From Candidatus Thalassarchaeum betae (GTDB lineage: Archaea > Thermoplasmatota > Poseidoniia > Poseidoniales > Thalassarchaeaceae), in the NCBI GenBank assembly GCA_003193925.1, contig PSPG01000002.1, positions 1 to 64,000 of the forward strand: a stretch of 64,000 nucleotides of DNA, in the 5' to 3' direction. Below, piece after piece: positions 1 to 16,400 of this stretch; the first letter of the stretch is position 1, and every line of letters starts with the position of its first letter. The notes under the pieces were generated by a model. It was not told where the DNA came from. It did no database searches and saw only the letters and a program-made list of their open reading frames with translations. The position numbers and the translations under genes were made by a program.

Positions 1-566
1 ATGGTGTTCGAGGTGATCGTCATGGTGGGCTTGGTCGCGTCTTGCTCCACGGTGAGAGAGACTGTGGCTGTGGCGTCCGGGTTGGTGACGGACGCGGTCA
101 CGTCGATGCTCGTGCCGTCGGCCACACCACTGCCGCCGTTTCCGGCAGCCAGCTGAGCGGCGCTGAAAGTTACTGTGAATGAGTTGTCCGATGCCACTGT
201 AGAGGTCCGCTCGACACCGCCGTAGTCGACAGTCACGGTGCAGGCCGAACTGCCGGCGCACTCATCGTCAGCGTTGGAGGTCAGACCGGTGACGGTGAAG
301 CCGTTGGTCACGTACTCGTCATAGTCGACACCGTCGCCCCCGGCAACTGACGTAACGGCGATGGTGGGATCGGCAAAGCGCTTCTCGGCGCTGTCCTCGA
401 GATAGGTAGCGCTGGCGCTATCGCTGCCGCTATCGGAAATTTGGCCAGCAACCATGACCAGGGCAATCGCGACGGCGAAGCCGATGGCGACGTTTCTCAG
501 GTCGGTCGTTCGGAGCCCGAAGGCGGTCTTGTCGTTCTGTATTGTTAGCGGCATGCCTGCAACCAT
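1..566 (-). CDS. N-terminal part of a secreted/membrane-anchored Ig-like (Big-type) adhesin; runs off the window start; absent from the ORF track
   Basis: Hand translation from ATG 566: MVAGMPLTIQNDKTAFGLRTTDLRNVAIGFAVAIALVMVAGQ...DPTIAVTSVAGGDGVDYDEYVTNGFTVTG...DATKPTMTITSNT, with no stop before base 1. Hydrophobic N-terminal helix, Thr/Ser/Val-rich strands, a DxTxP Ig-domain linker and GGGGAG upstream of the ATG. Confidence 0.75.
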   Translation of the reverse strand, partial: MVAGMPLTIQNDKTAFGLRTTDLRNVAIGFAVAIALVMVAGQISDSGSDSASATYLEDSAEKRFADPTIAVTSVAGGDGVDYDEYVTNGFTVTGLTSNADDECAGSSACTVTVDYGGVERTSTVASDNSFTVTFSAAQLAAGNGGSGVADGTSIDVTASVTNPDATATVSLTVEQDATKPTMTITSNT

Positions 567-1151
567 GTTGCTCCCCACGCCTTATCTGGATTTAGAACAT
601 TTCGGAGCCCACCCCTAAGGGTGGGGATTTCGCAGCACGGCCGATAAGCAACTCTGGCGACACTGGAAAATAGCGGTTTCGGCCCTACGGGGCCGCATTC
701 GGGCTGATAATGCTCTGTAAAATAACAGCCTGAAAGCGCCTCAAGCCGCCATATTCCCGCGTAGCGGGAGATTCCGCCGCCGACGAGGATCGGCAAGGGC
801 GGATCCAAAGCTCGGTCGGCACCTGGGCCAGACCAGATCGGGCCCGGGATCGGCCTCGTTCGAGGGGCAAGATTGATACCATTGGCATTCAGGATTCAGA
901 ATTTCTCTTTATAAGTAAAAGGGCCGAAATCTGGGCTGTTATTGGCCTCTAACCCTAGGCTTTTCGGGTCGTTTTCAATCCCGTTTCACGCCCGTTCTGA
1001 TGCCGATAATCCGGCTTCGGCCGTTATCGCCCGAGACGGTCCCGAGGTGGTTCTGCCCTCGCGCGCGAGCGCATTACATGAGTATTCAGAGTTTGGCCGG
1101 TTCCGCCAGGGCTCCCTGAGGAGCCCCGACGAGCCGGTTTCGTCTCGAGGA

Positions 1152-6062
<4,911 letters not shown>

Positions 6063-6253
6063 GGGTGTCACTAACGTTCATCAGGCTATATGAATGATAT
6101 AATCATGTCGCCAGATGCTCGTCACACCCCCTTTAGGGGTGGTTCCCAAATAATGCCTCCTGTTGGGCGTTTTTCCGGGTTCGTGGCCGATGAACAGGGG
6201 AGGTGCAGTGGAAATTATCGTTACGCGGGGTGCTTGACTTGTACACGCGCTGC

Positions 6254-9200
6254 TCACTGCAACTCCCAGCTGTCGTCGGGCTGGCGCACCCAGGTCCCGC
6301 AGTCCTCGCCGACGTACTGCATCGGCTCGACCTGGACGTAATCGCCACCGTCGGGCAGGTCCTCCCAGCTGGCGACTGTCACCGGGCCCTCGGGCTCGGA
6401 CTGAGCGAGCTCCTCGTAGCCGGGCGGCGGCGGTGGCGGTGGCGGTGGCACGGTGGTCGCCTCGGGCTGCTCGGGCTCAACCTCCTCGACCTCAGGCTCC
6501 GGCTCGGGCTCTGCCTCAGGCTGCGGGATCTCCGGCTCCCGAGGCAATGGGGGCCGGGCTGGCGGCGGCGGAGGCACCTCACCCCACGAGGCCTTCTCCT
6601 CCCTGAGGGCAGGCTGCCGGTCGTAGCGCTGGTGGTCGTCATCCTTCCAGGTCTCGTCGGTCTGCCCTGCGCGACGTCCCATCGTGAAGGCGACCGCGCC
6701 GGCGATGAATGCGAGGATCAGCGCGATGACGACGACGGTGAGCACCGGGTTGAGCTCCATCTTGTCCACTAGGGTCAGCGGGTGGGCGTTGTCGCCCAGA
6801 CCGTCGCCATTGCGGTCCTCCCACTCGGTGCCGTCGAGCGGGAACACGTCGTTCGGATCGCCGACCCCGTCGTTGTCATCGTCGGCGTCGATGACGTCGC
6901 AAGTGCCGTCACCGTCCGTGTCGACGGGGACAGAGGTGACGGACAGCGCATCAGTCAGGCACATCGCCTCGATGTTGTCGGGCCAGCTGTCACCGTCGTC
7001 GTCGGTGTCGGCGTTGTCGCCGGTGCCGTCGTCGTCGGTGTCCTTGGACTCGCTCGGGTCGTAGGGGAAGGCGTCGTTGATGTCGAGCACCATGTCGTTG
7101 TCGTCGTCATTGTCTACGACATCGCAAATCCTGTCGCCGTCGAAGTCCAGGGGGAACGAGTTGGCGTCCATCGGGTCGGTGCCGCAGTTCGGCTCCTCGA
7201 GGTCGGACCAGGTGTCGCCGTCGTCGTCCTCGTCGGCGTTGTTGCCGATGCCGTCGAGGTCGAGGTCGGCCCACTCGGTGTCATCGAACGGGAACATGTC
7301 GTACACATCGTCGGTGCCGTCGCCGTCGTCGTCGGCGTCGACGCGGTCGCACACGTGGTCGTCGTCGAAGTCATCTGGGACCTCGAAGGCGGAGAAGGGG
7401 TCGGTCTGGCAGTCGCTCTCGTCGCTGTCCGACCAGCCGTCGTTGTCATCGTCGAGGTCGGCGTTGTTGCCCACGCCGTCGCCGTCGTTGTCCTCCCACT
7501 CGGTCGCGTCCAGCGGGAAGGCGTCGCTGTTGTCGGGGACCGAGTCGCCGTCGTCGTCGATGTCGGCGTTGTCGCCCGTGCCGTCGCCGTCGGTGTCGAT
7601 CCATTCGCCCGCATCGAGCGGGAAGGCGTCGGTCACGTCGGCGAAGCCGTCGTTGTCGTCATCGCCGTCGACGGCGTTGCAAGAGCCGTCCTGGTCGGTG
7701 TCCGGAGGCAGTGAGTTCGCATCCAGTGGGTCGGAACCACAGGTCGCCTCGATGGCGTCGCTGAAGCCGTCGCCGTCGTCGTCGATGTCGGCGTTGTCGC
7801 CGGTCCCGTCACCGTCGGTGTCCAGCCACTCCTCGGCATCGAGGGGGAACGCGTCGTTGACGTCGAGGTAGCCGTCGTTGTCGTCGTCATCGTCCATCAG
7901 GTCGCAGATCTGGTCGTTGTCGAAATCGGCGGGCTGGCTGTTGTAGTCCAGCGGGTCCGTGCTGCACTGGTACTCCTCGGCGTCGGTCCAGCCGTCGCCG
8001 TCGTCGTCATCGTCGGCGTTGTTGCCGATGCCGTCGTTGTCAGTGTCCTCCCACTCGGTGTCGTCGAGCGGGAACGAGTCGTTGGCATCGTCGTAGCCGT
8101 CGTCGTCGTCGTCGTTGTCCATGACGTCGCAGACACCGTCGCCGTCGGTGTCCTGCGGCACGCTGCTGGCATCATCGGGGTCCGAGCCGCAGGTGATCTC
8201 GTCCTCGTCCCAGAAACCGTCGCCATCGGTGTCCAGGGTGAAGATCCAGATGGTCATGTTGTAGTCGCCCTCGCCAGAGTAGGCGTAGATCTCGACCAGG
8301 ACGGTTCCCCCTCCGACGTAGGTGCCGTTGGAGGTGACCGTCTCAGGACTGCTGAACGTCGAGGAGGTATCGATGATGTTGCCCGCTGGATTCGGCATCT
8401 CGGCCAAGGCTATGTCGAAGTTGACCTCGCTGGTATCGAAGGAGACGCTGACAGCGATGCCGTGATCGGCGGGGACGTCCACCGAGTACTCGTCGACCAC
8501 GTCGCTGTCGGCAGAGGCCCAGCCGGTGAAGTCGTTCTGGCCTATGTTGGTGATGATCCCGGTGGGGTTGTCGTAGTCGTCCGAGGCGTCGTCGCCGGTT
8601 CCCGAGTCGTTCTGGTTGAAGACAGGGGAGGAGGAGATGTTGTCGAACCAGAGCGACAGCGTGTAGTCGTCACCGCTGATCCAGGCCCGGACCAGTAGGG
8701 TGACCGTCGTCCCGCCGATGGAGGCGTTGCCGCTGGAGACGTTCTCGGGGTTGTCGTTGAAGCTGTAGTCGATGTAGGCGCCGTTCTGGTCGAACAGGTG
8801 CAGGTCAAGGTCGACGGTGGAGGTGTTCCAAGAAAGGCTCGCGTTGATCGAGTGGTACATCGGCATGGCGATGCTGTACCAGTCGTACTCGTCGTTGCTG
8901 TTGTTGGCGTAGCCGTAGTAGGTGGCGTTTGTGGCATTGAGAGGGGTGGCTGTGGACTGCGTGTCAGACGCATCCCCTCCGGTGTTGGCGTCGTTCTGGC
9001 CCGAGCCGCCCCCTCCGCCGGAGGTCGAGAATATCCAGATCTGCAGGGTGTACTGGCCCGAGCCGGTCCATTGGTTGACCTGGACGTAGACCGTGGTGCC
9101 ACCAACGCTGGTCCCGTTGGAGGTGACGCTGTCGTAACTCGATATCGAGTAGCTGGAGTCTATCGTGCTCCCGGACGAGGTGTACAGCATCAGATCGAAA

Positions 9201-9457
9201 TCGGCGCCCGACGGGGATGTCAGACCGACCGCTATGCCGGTGTTGCTCGACATGTTGACCCCGTAGTAGTCGTCGGTGTCGTTGCTCGCGGTCAGGTTGC
9301 CGTAGTAGGTGGCGTTCGAGGCGGGCAGCCATGCAGCTGTGGAGATGGAGCCGCCGGCATCGCCGCCGGTCCCGGCGTCGTTCGCCAGCACCAGCCCGGA
9401 GAGGCAGGAGAGGACTAGGAGTGCGGCCAGTGTTCTCGCAGCCCCGACGTCCGTCAT
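6254..9457 (-). CDS. Cell-surface protein with three PPC-like modules, TSP3-like repeats, TM helix and Pro-rich cytoplasmic tail (same architecture as 1152-6062)
   Basis: Start revised to ATG 9457 (MTDVGAARTLAALLVLSCLSGLVLA, a signal peptide). ADFDLMLY and VDLDLHLF motifs; DTDGDG repeats; TM VLTVVVIALILAFIAGAVAF. Confidence 0.85.
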   Translation of the reverse strand: MTDVGAARTLAALLVLSCLSGLVLANDAGTGGDAGGSISTAAWLPASNATYYGNLTASNDTDDYYGVNMSSNTGIAVGLTSPSGADFDLMLYTSSGSTIDSSYSISSYDSVTSNGTSVGGTTVYVQVNQWTGSGQYTLQIWIFSTSGGGGGSGQNDANTGGDASDTQSTATPLNATNATYYGYANNSNDEYDWYSIAMPMYHSINASLSWNTSTVDLDLHLFDQNGAYIDYSFNDNPENVSSGNASIGGTTVTLLVRAWISGDDYTLSLWFDNISSSPVFNQNDSGTGDDASDDYDNPTGIITNIGQNDFTGWASADSDVVDEYSVDVPADHGIAVSVSFDTSEVNFDIALAEMPNPAGNIIDTSSTFSSPETVTSNGTYVGGGTVLVEIYAYSGEGDYNMTIWIFTLDTDGDGFWDEDEITCGSDPDDASSVPQDTDGDGVCDVMDNDDDDDGYDDANDSFPLDDTEWEDTDNDGIGNNADDDDDGDGWTDAEEYQCSTDPLDYNSQPADFDNDQICDLMDDDDDNDGYLDVNDAFPLDAEEWLDTDGDGTGDNADIDDDGDGFSDAIEATCGSDPLDANSLPPDTDQDGSCNAVDGDDDNDGFADVTDAFPLDAGEWIDTDGDGTGDNADIDDDGDSVPDNSDAFPLDATEWEDNDGDGVGNNADLDDDNDGWSDSDESDCQTDPFSAFEVPDDFDDDHVCDRVDADDDGDGTDDVYDMFPFDDTEWADLDLDGIGNNADEDDDGDTWSDLEEPNCGTDPMDANSFPLDFDGDRICDVVDNDDDNDMVLDINDAFPYDPSESKDTDDDGTGDNADTDDDGDSWPDNIEAMCLTDALSVTSVPVDTDGDGTCDVIDADDDNDGVGDPNDVFPLDGTEWEDRNGDGLGDNAHPLTLVDKMELNPVLTVVVIALILAFIAGAVAFTMGRRAGQTDETWKDDDHQRYDRQPALREEKASWGEVPPPPPARPPLPREPEIPQPEAEPEPEPEVEEVEPEQPEATTVPPPPPPPPPGYEELAQSEPEGPVTVASWEDLPDGGDYVQVEPMQYVGEDCGTWVRQPDDSWELQ

Positions 9458-9537
9458 GGCCTTAGGGCCATGAATTCCGCTTTGAACTTTGGCACGGCAC
9501 GATGGTGCATAAAATGCACCGCTACAGCACGACGGTT

Positions 9538-10389
9538 TCATTCGTAGAAGTAGAATCCCTGACCGCTCTTGCGCCCGAGTTTGCCCTCATAGACCATCTG
9601 AACCAGCAGAGGGGCGGGGGCGTACTTGTCGTCTGCCAGTCCCTCGTGCAGGACGTTCATGATGTGCAGCACCGTGTCCAGGCCGATAAAATCGGCCAGC
9701 GCGAGCGGCCCGATGGGGTGGTCCATCCCGAGTTTCATGATGCCGTCTATGACCTCTGCCTCTGCCACTCCCTCCTGCAACGTCAGGATGGCTTCGTTGA
9801 GCATCGGGCAGAGTATCCTGTTGCTGACGAAGCCCGGCGAGTCGTTGCACGACAGCGCCGTCTTGCCCATCCTCTCGACAGTCCCGACCACAGCGGCGTT
9901 GACCTCATCGGAGGTCTGGGCGCCGTTGATAATCTCGACCAGCCGCATTATCGGGACGGGATTCATGAAGTGCATCCCGATGACCCTGTCCGGCCTGCTC
10001 GTCGCACCGGCGATCGCATCGATGCTGATGCTCGATGTGTTACTGGCGAGGATGGCCTCGGGCTTGCAGATGCCGTCGAGCTCGGCGAAGGCCGAGAGCT
10101 TCAGCTCGGGGATCTCCGGGATCGCCTCGATGACGAGGTCGCAGTCTGACGCCGCCCCCTTGTCGGTGGATGTGCGCACGCGCGCGAGAGCCGAGTCGGC
10201 ATCCTCCCGGCTCATCCTCTCCTTGGCGACGAGCTTGCCCAGAGAGCGCTCTATGGCGTCCATCCCACGCTCTATGAATTCCTGCTCGATGTCGATCATC
10301 GTGACGTCGTACCCCGCGCATGCCGCGACCTGCGCTATGCCGTTGCCCATCTGACCCGCACCGAGCACGGCTATGCTGCGAATCTCCAC
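9538..10389 (-). CDS. hbd: 3-hydroxyacyl(butyryl)-CoA dehydrogenase
   Basis: GAGQMG Rossmann motif, [40 protein letters not shown]. Confidence 0.93.
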   Translation of the reverse strand: MEIRSIAVLGAGQMGNGIAQVAACAGYDVTMIDIEQEFIERGMDAIERSLGKLVAKERMSREDADSALARVRTSTDKGAASDCDLVIEAIPEIPELKLSAFAELDGICKPEAILASNTSSISIDAIAGATSRPDRVIGMHFMNPVPIMRLVEIINGAQTSDEVNAAVVGTVERMGKTALSCNDSPGFVSNRILCPMLNEAILTLQEGVAEAEVIDGIMKLGMDHPIGPLALADFIGLDTVLHIMNVLHEGLADDKYAPAPLLVQMVYEGKLGRKSGQGFYFYE

Positions 10390-10420
10390 GGCCTAGCGAG
10401 TCGCAGGCAGGGGATGAGCC

Positions 10421-13400
10421 TTACTCGTCCTCTCCGGCAGCTGAATCAGCGAGGGACAGGTCTGCTGCAGCCTCGATCTCGGACATTATCTCATCGAGGT
10501 CGGGGCCGTGCCCCTCCATCCTGAGCTTGCGCGCGCGCCTGCGCCGGAGCATGGTCGCCGGCAGCACGGTGGCGGCGAGCAGTGCTATTGCGGCCAGAGA
10601 GAACCACCAGAGCATCGGCCCCGAGTTGCGGGCGTCATCGATGGCCCAGTCGATCCACTCCTGTTCGAGCACTTCTATGGACATCGAGTTCTGGTTGTTC
10701 GCTGCATCGACGGAGAGCCCATTGATCGAATGGTTCCCCGGTGTGGGGGGGATCTCGATGGTGACTAGGAACTCCTCGGATGACGGACACACGAACTCCG
10801 CGTCGTCCGCCTCCGTCCACAGCATCACCGTGGAGCCGGGCTCGCACACGCCGCTGACCACCCGGCTGGTCTCGAGCGGGGTGGTCCGATTGGCTACCTC
10901 GTAGAAGTTCAGGACGGGTGCGATGGTGTCCTTGACTATGGACAGCGTGTAGTTGTCGATATGGTCGAGGGCGTGTATCTCGATGAGGAACTGGTTGTCG
11001 CCCTCCTCGAGGTCGAAGACCACAGTGACCACGCTGGCCCCCGGCTCGATCAGGTGCCTCCCGCCGGCATCCGTCCTGCTCCACCAGATCTCCTGGTCGG
11101 GACCGCGCTGCAGAACCGCCTCGACCTCCTCGATGGCCGCCAGCCCGCCGTTCCAGTTCGCAGTGACGTGGGTGCTGTATATCGAGGGGTCCAGCAGCAT
11201 GCTCCTGCACTCGAGGAACCTGTTGTCGTTCTCCTGGGGCTCGGTCATGTCCACTGCCTCGAAGCAGACCTCGTGCACCCCCGTGTGATTGAGCTCGAAC
11301 AGCGCGCCGCTGGTTACTCCGGTGCGCTCGCTGATGAGCGCCCCGTCGATGGTGAACCGGATGTGGACCTCCTCACTCGACAGCCAGGACAGGCCCTGCC
11401 TGTGGTCGAAGAGGGCATCGTGGGTGCCGGGGCTGACCTCCCATTCGACCAACGGTACCGAGCGGTCGAGCCTGAGGGGCCATTCCTCGACAGCGCTGTT
11501 GTTGGCCCAGTCGGTCAGCTCGAGGGAGATGAGGTAGTCGCCGTCGGGCAGCGTTGTGGTGTTGATCTCGTACTCCGAGAGGTAGGTGCCCTGCCCGGGG
11601 GCGTCCTCCATGGTGATCCGCGGTATCAGCGGGTCGGACTCGCACTGCACCGTCTCATGAAGGGAGTTCAGGGCCTGTACCCTCAGGCACCAGTCCCTGA
11701 TGTCCACGGGAATCGAGATGGTCAGCGTACCCTCGCTCATGTTGACCGGGGTCGTTATCTGCTCCGGAGTGTAGTGGTAGTCGGCTTGGTCGGCAACGTC
11801 GAGCAAGGCGGCGCTGGGCGTGTGAGGGTCGAAGACGACGACGAAGTCCCTGGTTAACGAGTTACCCGCAGCGTCCCTGACCTCTATGTCGAAGACGCTG
11901 CTGCCGTGCACGTAGAAGAACGACGAGTCGGCGTCGGCTCGCTCTTCGGCCTCGGTCAACTGGAAGGTGAACTCACCGAAGCCGCTCTCGTCGAGCTCGA
12001 TCTCGGTGTCGCCGTGCCTCACGCTCGCGTCTGGCTCGGTCTGTAGCGTGTACGTCAGCGTGGCTTGGTTGGTTATCCACGGGATGTTGGAGATGGACAC
12101 GATGGGGGCGGTGGCGTCGTAGGACACCGAGAGGTAGGTTTCGGCAGAGTTGTTGGAGATGTCAGTCAAATCAGCCCTGTAGTCGTGCCACTTCTCCACC
12201 TGCGGCAGCGTGGCGTTGACCCATATCTCCCTGAACGAGACGTTCTCGGGCATGGCGAAGTGATTGCCGCTGTTCCATATGGCAGTCAGGTTGTGGTGGT
12301 TGCCATCGGTGTCGATTGCCTCGACGAGGTCCGCATCGGGGATGCTGGTGCCCTCGTCGGCCGGCTCCCAGTTCAGGTCGTCGAGGCGGAACCCGATGCC
12401 CGTGTCGAGCGCGTGCAGCCTGACGGGCACGATGACGTTGGTCTGCGTCAGGTTGGCGGGGACCTCGAAGCCGACCTCCGGGTCAAGCTCGACGAGCTCG
12501 TAGGTGTAAGGCAGGCGCAGGCTGATGTCGCCCTCGATGATGACGTCGATGAACCCGGTCCAGATCCCGGCGGTCTCGGGCCTGTCATATGCCAGATTGA
12601 CCTGCAGGGCCGAGGCGGGGACCTGTCCTGCGAGGGTATCACTGCCGTTGGGCCAGATCGCGTCGATCTCCCCCTGCGTGAGCGATAACTGGTCTGTGAT
12701 TACCAGATCGTCGCCGCCCACGATCTCTATGTCGATCCAGAACTGGACGGTGCCACTCGGCACCGAGTAGCCGTGAACGGCTACCGAGTAGTTACCGTCA
12801 GCCGGGTCCACGATGCGAATCGTCTCGGCAGAGGAGCCGCTCCATGAACGGGCCACCTCCTCGCCGGAGGAGAACACGCCGTCCCCGTTAGAGTCGCGAA
12901 ACAGGAACAGGTCGAGGTCGGCATCATCATGCGCGTTCATCCGGATGTTCAACTCGCTGGCGTTCTTGACGGTCATGTTGTGCCACCAGGAGGCGGTCAT
13001 CTTGTTGTTGTAGACATCCTGGAAGGCCGTCTCGTTATCGAAGTGGGCCGGTTGGCTCCAACCGTAGGCGGTCACCGAGTCGACGGAGAGCGGTACAGTG
13101 GAGACTACGTGGACCGCGTCGACCCCGCTGCCCTCGGCCCAGTCGGTGACCACGCGCTCGAAGCCGGACTCCTCGGCTGCGATGTAGCCGACGGAGATGT
13201 TGAGCGCGTTGTCGTTAGTGGAAACCCCGTGCAGCGCGGTGTGCAGGACCATCTGGTGCATGCCCTGGGAGGTGGGCACGGCGAACATCTCACGTGAGGT
13301 GTCGGTGAAGGTGCCCCAGTTGTGCGAGCCGCCGCCCGCGTGGTTGTTGATCGAGCGTGACTCGATGAAGAAGGTCGACTCGCCGTAGGCGTCCGGGTCG

Positions 13401-16400
13401 TCCTCGGCGTAGCCGTGGGCCATCTCGGAGAGCCACAGGATGTCGATGTCGGTGTAGGGGTTGTCGTTCCAGTCGACGTCGAGGATGGCCGTGCCGCCGG
13501 TGTCCCACTCCTCTGGCCACTCGACGGAGAGGAAGCGCCAGTCACCGCTCTCGGCCCGCCAGTCCCAACGGGTGGCACCGCTGATCCACTCCTCGGTGTA
13601 CAGCGTCTGGTTCGATACGTTGCCATCGATCGGGCCGGCGTTCAGCGTGAAAGGCCCTGTCCAAGGGACGTTCGTCACCACTGGCAGAGTCCAGTTCCTG
13701 TGAGGCATGACGGAGGTGATGTTGCCTCCGCTGTCGAGCTCGAAGGCCTCGACCAGCACCCCGTGCTGGTGCAGTCCGGACCTTGCGTCCGTTGGCACTG
13801 ACACCGTCATCTGCGTGGAGCTCGAGCCGTTCGCCGGGACGACCATCGAGGTGGTCATGGAGATCCAGTCGTCGTCGGCGCTGCCGAAAGCGGTCCAGTC
13901 GATCTCAATCCTGACCGGCTCGTCCGACAGGTGCCCGTTGTAGTTCCACACGCCGAGGAACAGGCCATCCTTCGCGTCCTCGAAGGGCAGACCGATCCGG
14001 ACCTCGGCATTCGGCCCATTGTCCCACCAGTAGGTTACCTCCTCGAGCTCTCCGCCCTCGGTCCAGTCGTCGGAGTCGACCATGGAGTCGTTGTCGAAGT
14101 CCTCGACGTAAACGCCGTCCCCGTCATCGTCGCTCCATCGGTAGACCTCCAGGAACACGCGCTCCTCGGAACTGCGGTCCTGATTGGCGTCGAATGCGGA
14201 GTACTCTATGGTCGCGCGTGCACGCAACTGCCTGGTGTCCGAAGGCAGACTGGCGTTCGAGTGGTTGGTGATGTGGAGCGGGATCAGCAGGTCCGGTCGG
14301 TCTCCCTGATGGCCGTCCCAGGTGTCGTTGGCGCCGCCCTCGCTGCCGTTGCCGAGGCTGTGCCAGACCTGCACCGTGTGCTCGAGTGGCGTGAAGACCG
14401 TGGGAGTGTATCTGAGCAGCACGTCGGTCTGGCCATAGTTGGTGAACTCGAGGTCGACAGCTTGGGACTCGCCGGGCCGCATGACGTTGATGTTAGCAGC
14501 CCTATGCTGGCCTTGGAAGGTGCCGCTGTTCCACTGAGCGGGACTGACCCACCAAGTCCCGTTGAGGCCGTCCAGCGTGGCTGTGGCCCTCGATGCGTTG
14601 AACCAGCCGCCGCCCTGCACGAACGGCTCGTAGCCCCTGTCGTCGGAGGTCGAGAGCACGAAGTCCCTGAACTCCTGCGAGCCGGGGTAGTCGCCGAGGT
14701 TGGCCTGCCACGCCTGGGCGACCAAGGCCATCAGACCGGCTGCGATCGGCGTGGCGAGGCTGGTACCGCCCCAGCTGGTCCAAGCGGAGTTGGCGTCGCT
14801 GCGATAGTAGAGGGGTATGTCGCCTGTAGCAGACCAGCCGACTGCGACGATGTCAGGATCCATCCTGCCGACCACGTTGGGGCCCCGGTTGGACCAAGGC
14901 GCGTTCTGGCCCCAGGAGTCACTCGAGCGACTGGTGAACGCTCCCACGGAGAAGATGCCGTGAGCCGCGCCCGGCACCTTGGCGGTGCCGAAGCCGTGCC
15001 CGCCGTTCCCGATGGCGACGGAGTAGGACGTGTTCCGGTTGTACACCCTTGTCAGCCAGTCGAGGTAGAGCGAGTAGCCGTCGGCACCGGCCTCGTCGAC
15101 CGAGGAGTAGCCGAACGAGAAGGAGCCGATGTTGGGCTGGTCGCCCACGGTCTGGGTGACACCGTCGTAGCCTTCGGCGATGAATCGCCAGCCGTCGAGT
15201 GCGTGCCCGCCCGAGTAGTGGTTGCCGATTGCTGAGATGGTGGCGTTGGGCGCCATGCCGAGGACCTTGCCGCTGCTCACTACGCCCTGTGCGGCGACCG
15301 CACTGGCGCACAGCGTCCCATGGCTGCCGGATTCGAGCATGAACAGAGTCAGGTTGCCTGCACCGGGAATGCGGTTGGCATAGCCGTGGCGCGCCGAGTA
15401 GGTGTCGGTGTAGGGGGCGCCGTTGACCCCGTCTGCCACCCAGTAGACAAGGCCTCCAGAGATGTCCCATAACCCGTCATCGTTGGTATCCAGGCCCGCT
15501 GTCTCCTCACCGGGCCTCATAGGCGTGTCATTGTGGAACGCCCCGTCGAGGTTGATGTCTGGGTAGACAGTCTCGTACAGGCCCGAGACGCGGTCGTCGA
15601 CGACCAGTATCGGCACGTCGGCGCCGACCTTGCTGCGCAGGTAGTAATCAGGGTGCTCGCCAAGGTGGTACTCTCCCGAGAGGGATTCGTTGACCCCGGT
15701 TATGTTGTACCCCGAGGCGTCAAGCACGCCGTCGCTGTCGTTGTCGTAATCGATGAAGGAGGTGTCGGCGTACCAGGTGTTGCGAGCCGGGTAGGCATCG
15801 CCGTACACCAGCCAGTAGTACATGCTGTTGTGGTCGAACATCAGGGGCCAGCCCTGGTAGGGCGACTTCGCATCGGTTACCCTAGCCTGAGTGCCATTGA
15901 GGTCGGGGTGGGCGAAGTCGACTCCGGTGTCGGCGATCGCGACCACAATGCCCTCGCCGGTGTAGCCCCGTTCCCAGGCATCATTGGCGCCGTGGATCTC
16001 GCCGCTGCGCACTGACTCGGGCTGGTATCCGGGGGGGCTGTCGAACGTTATGGTGTCATACGGTTCGGGAGCCTTCTCAGCGTCCAGGATGGCGATCACC
16101 CCGGGCACCCCGGGGAGCTTGTGGAAGAGTTCGGCGCCCATCCAGAAGGTCCTGTGGTCGATCTGGCCATCGATGGGGTCTTCGGCCAGCAGTGTCTCGC
16201 CGCTCTTGGCCGGCTTCTGCTCCTCGAATGCCCCGTTAGCGTGCTGCCACTCATTGAGAGTCTGCAGCGAGCGGGTGATGACCGTGACTCTGATCTCCTC
16301 GACCCCCCGGTCTATACGCTCCCAGAGGCCCGAGTCGACCCACGGGGAGCCACTGGCGAATCCCTCGGTCAGCTCGGGTGACTGCTGTGAATCAGCATCT

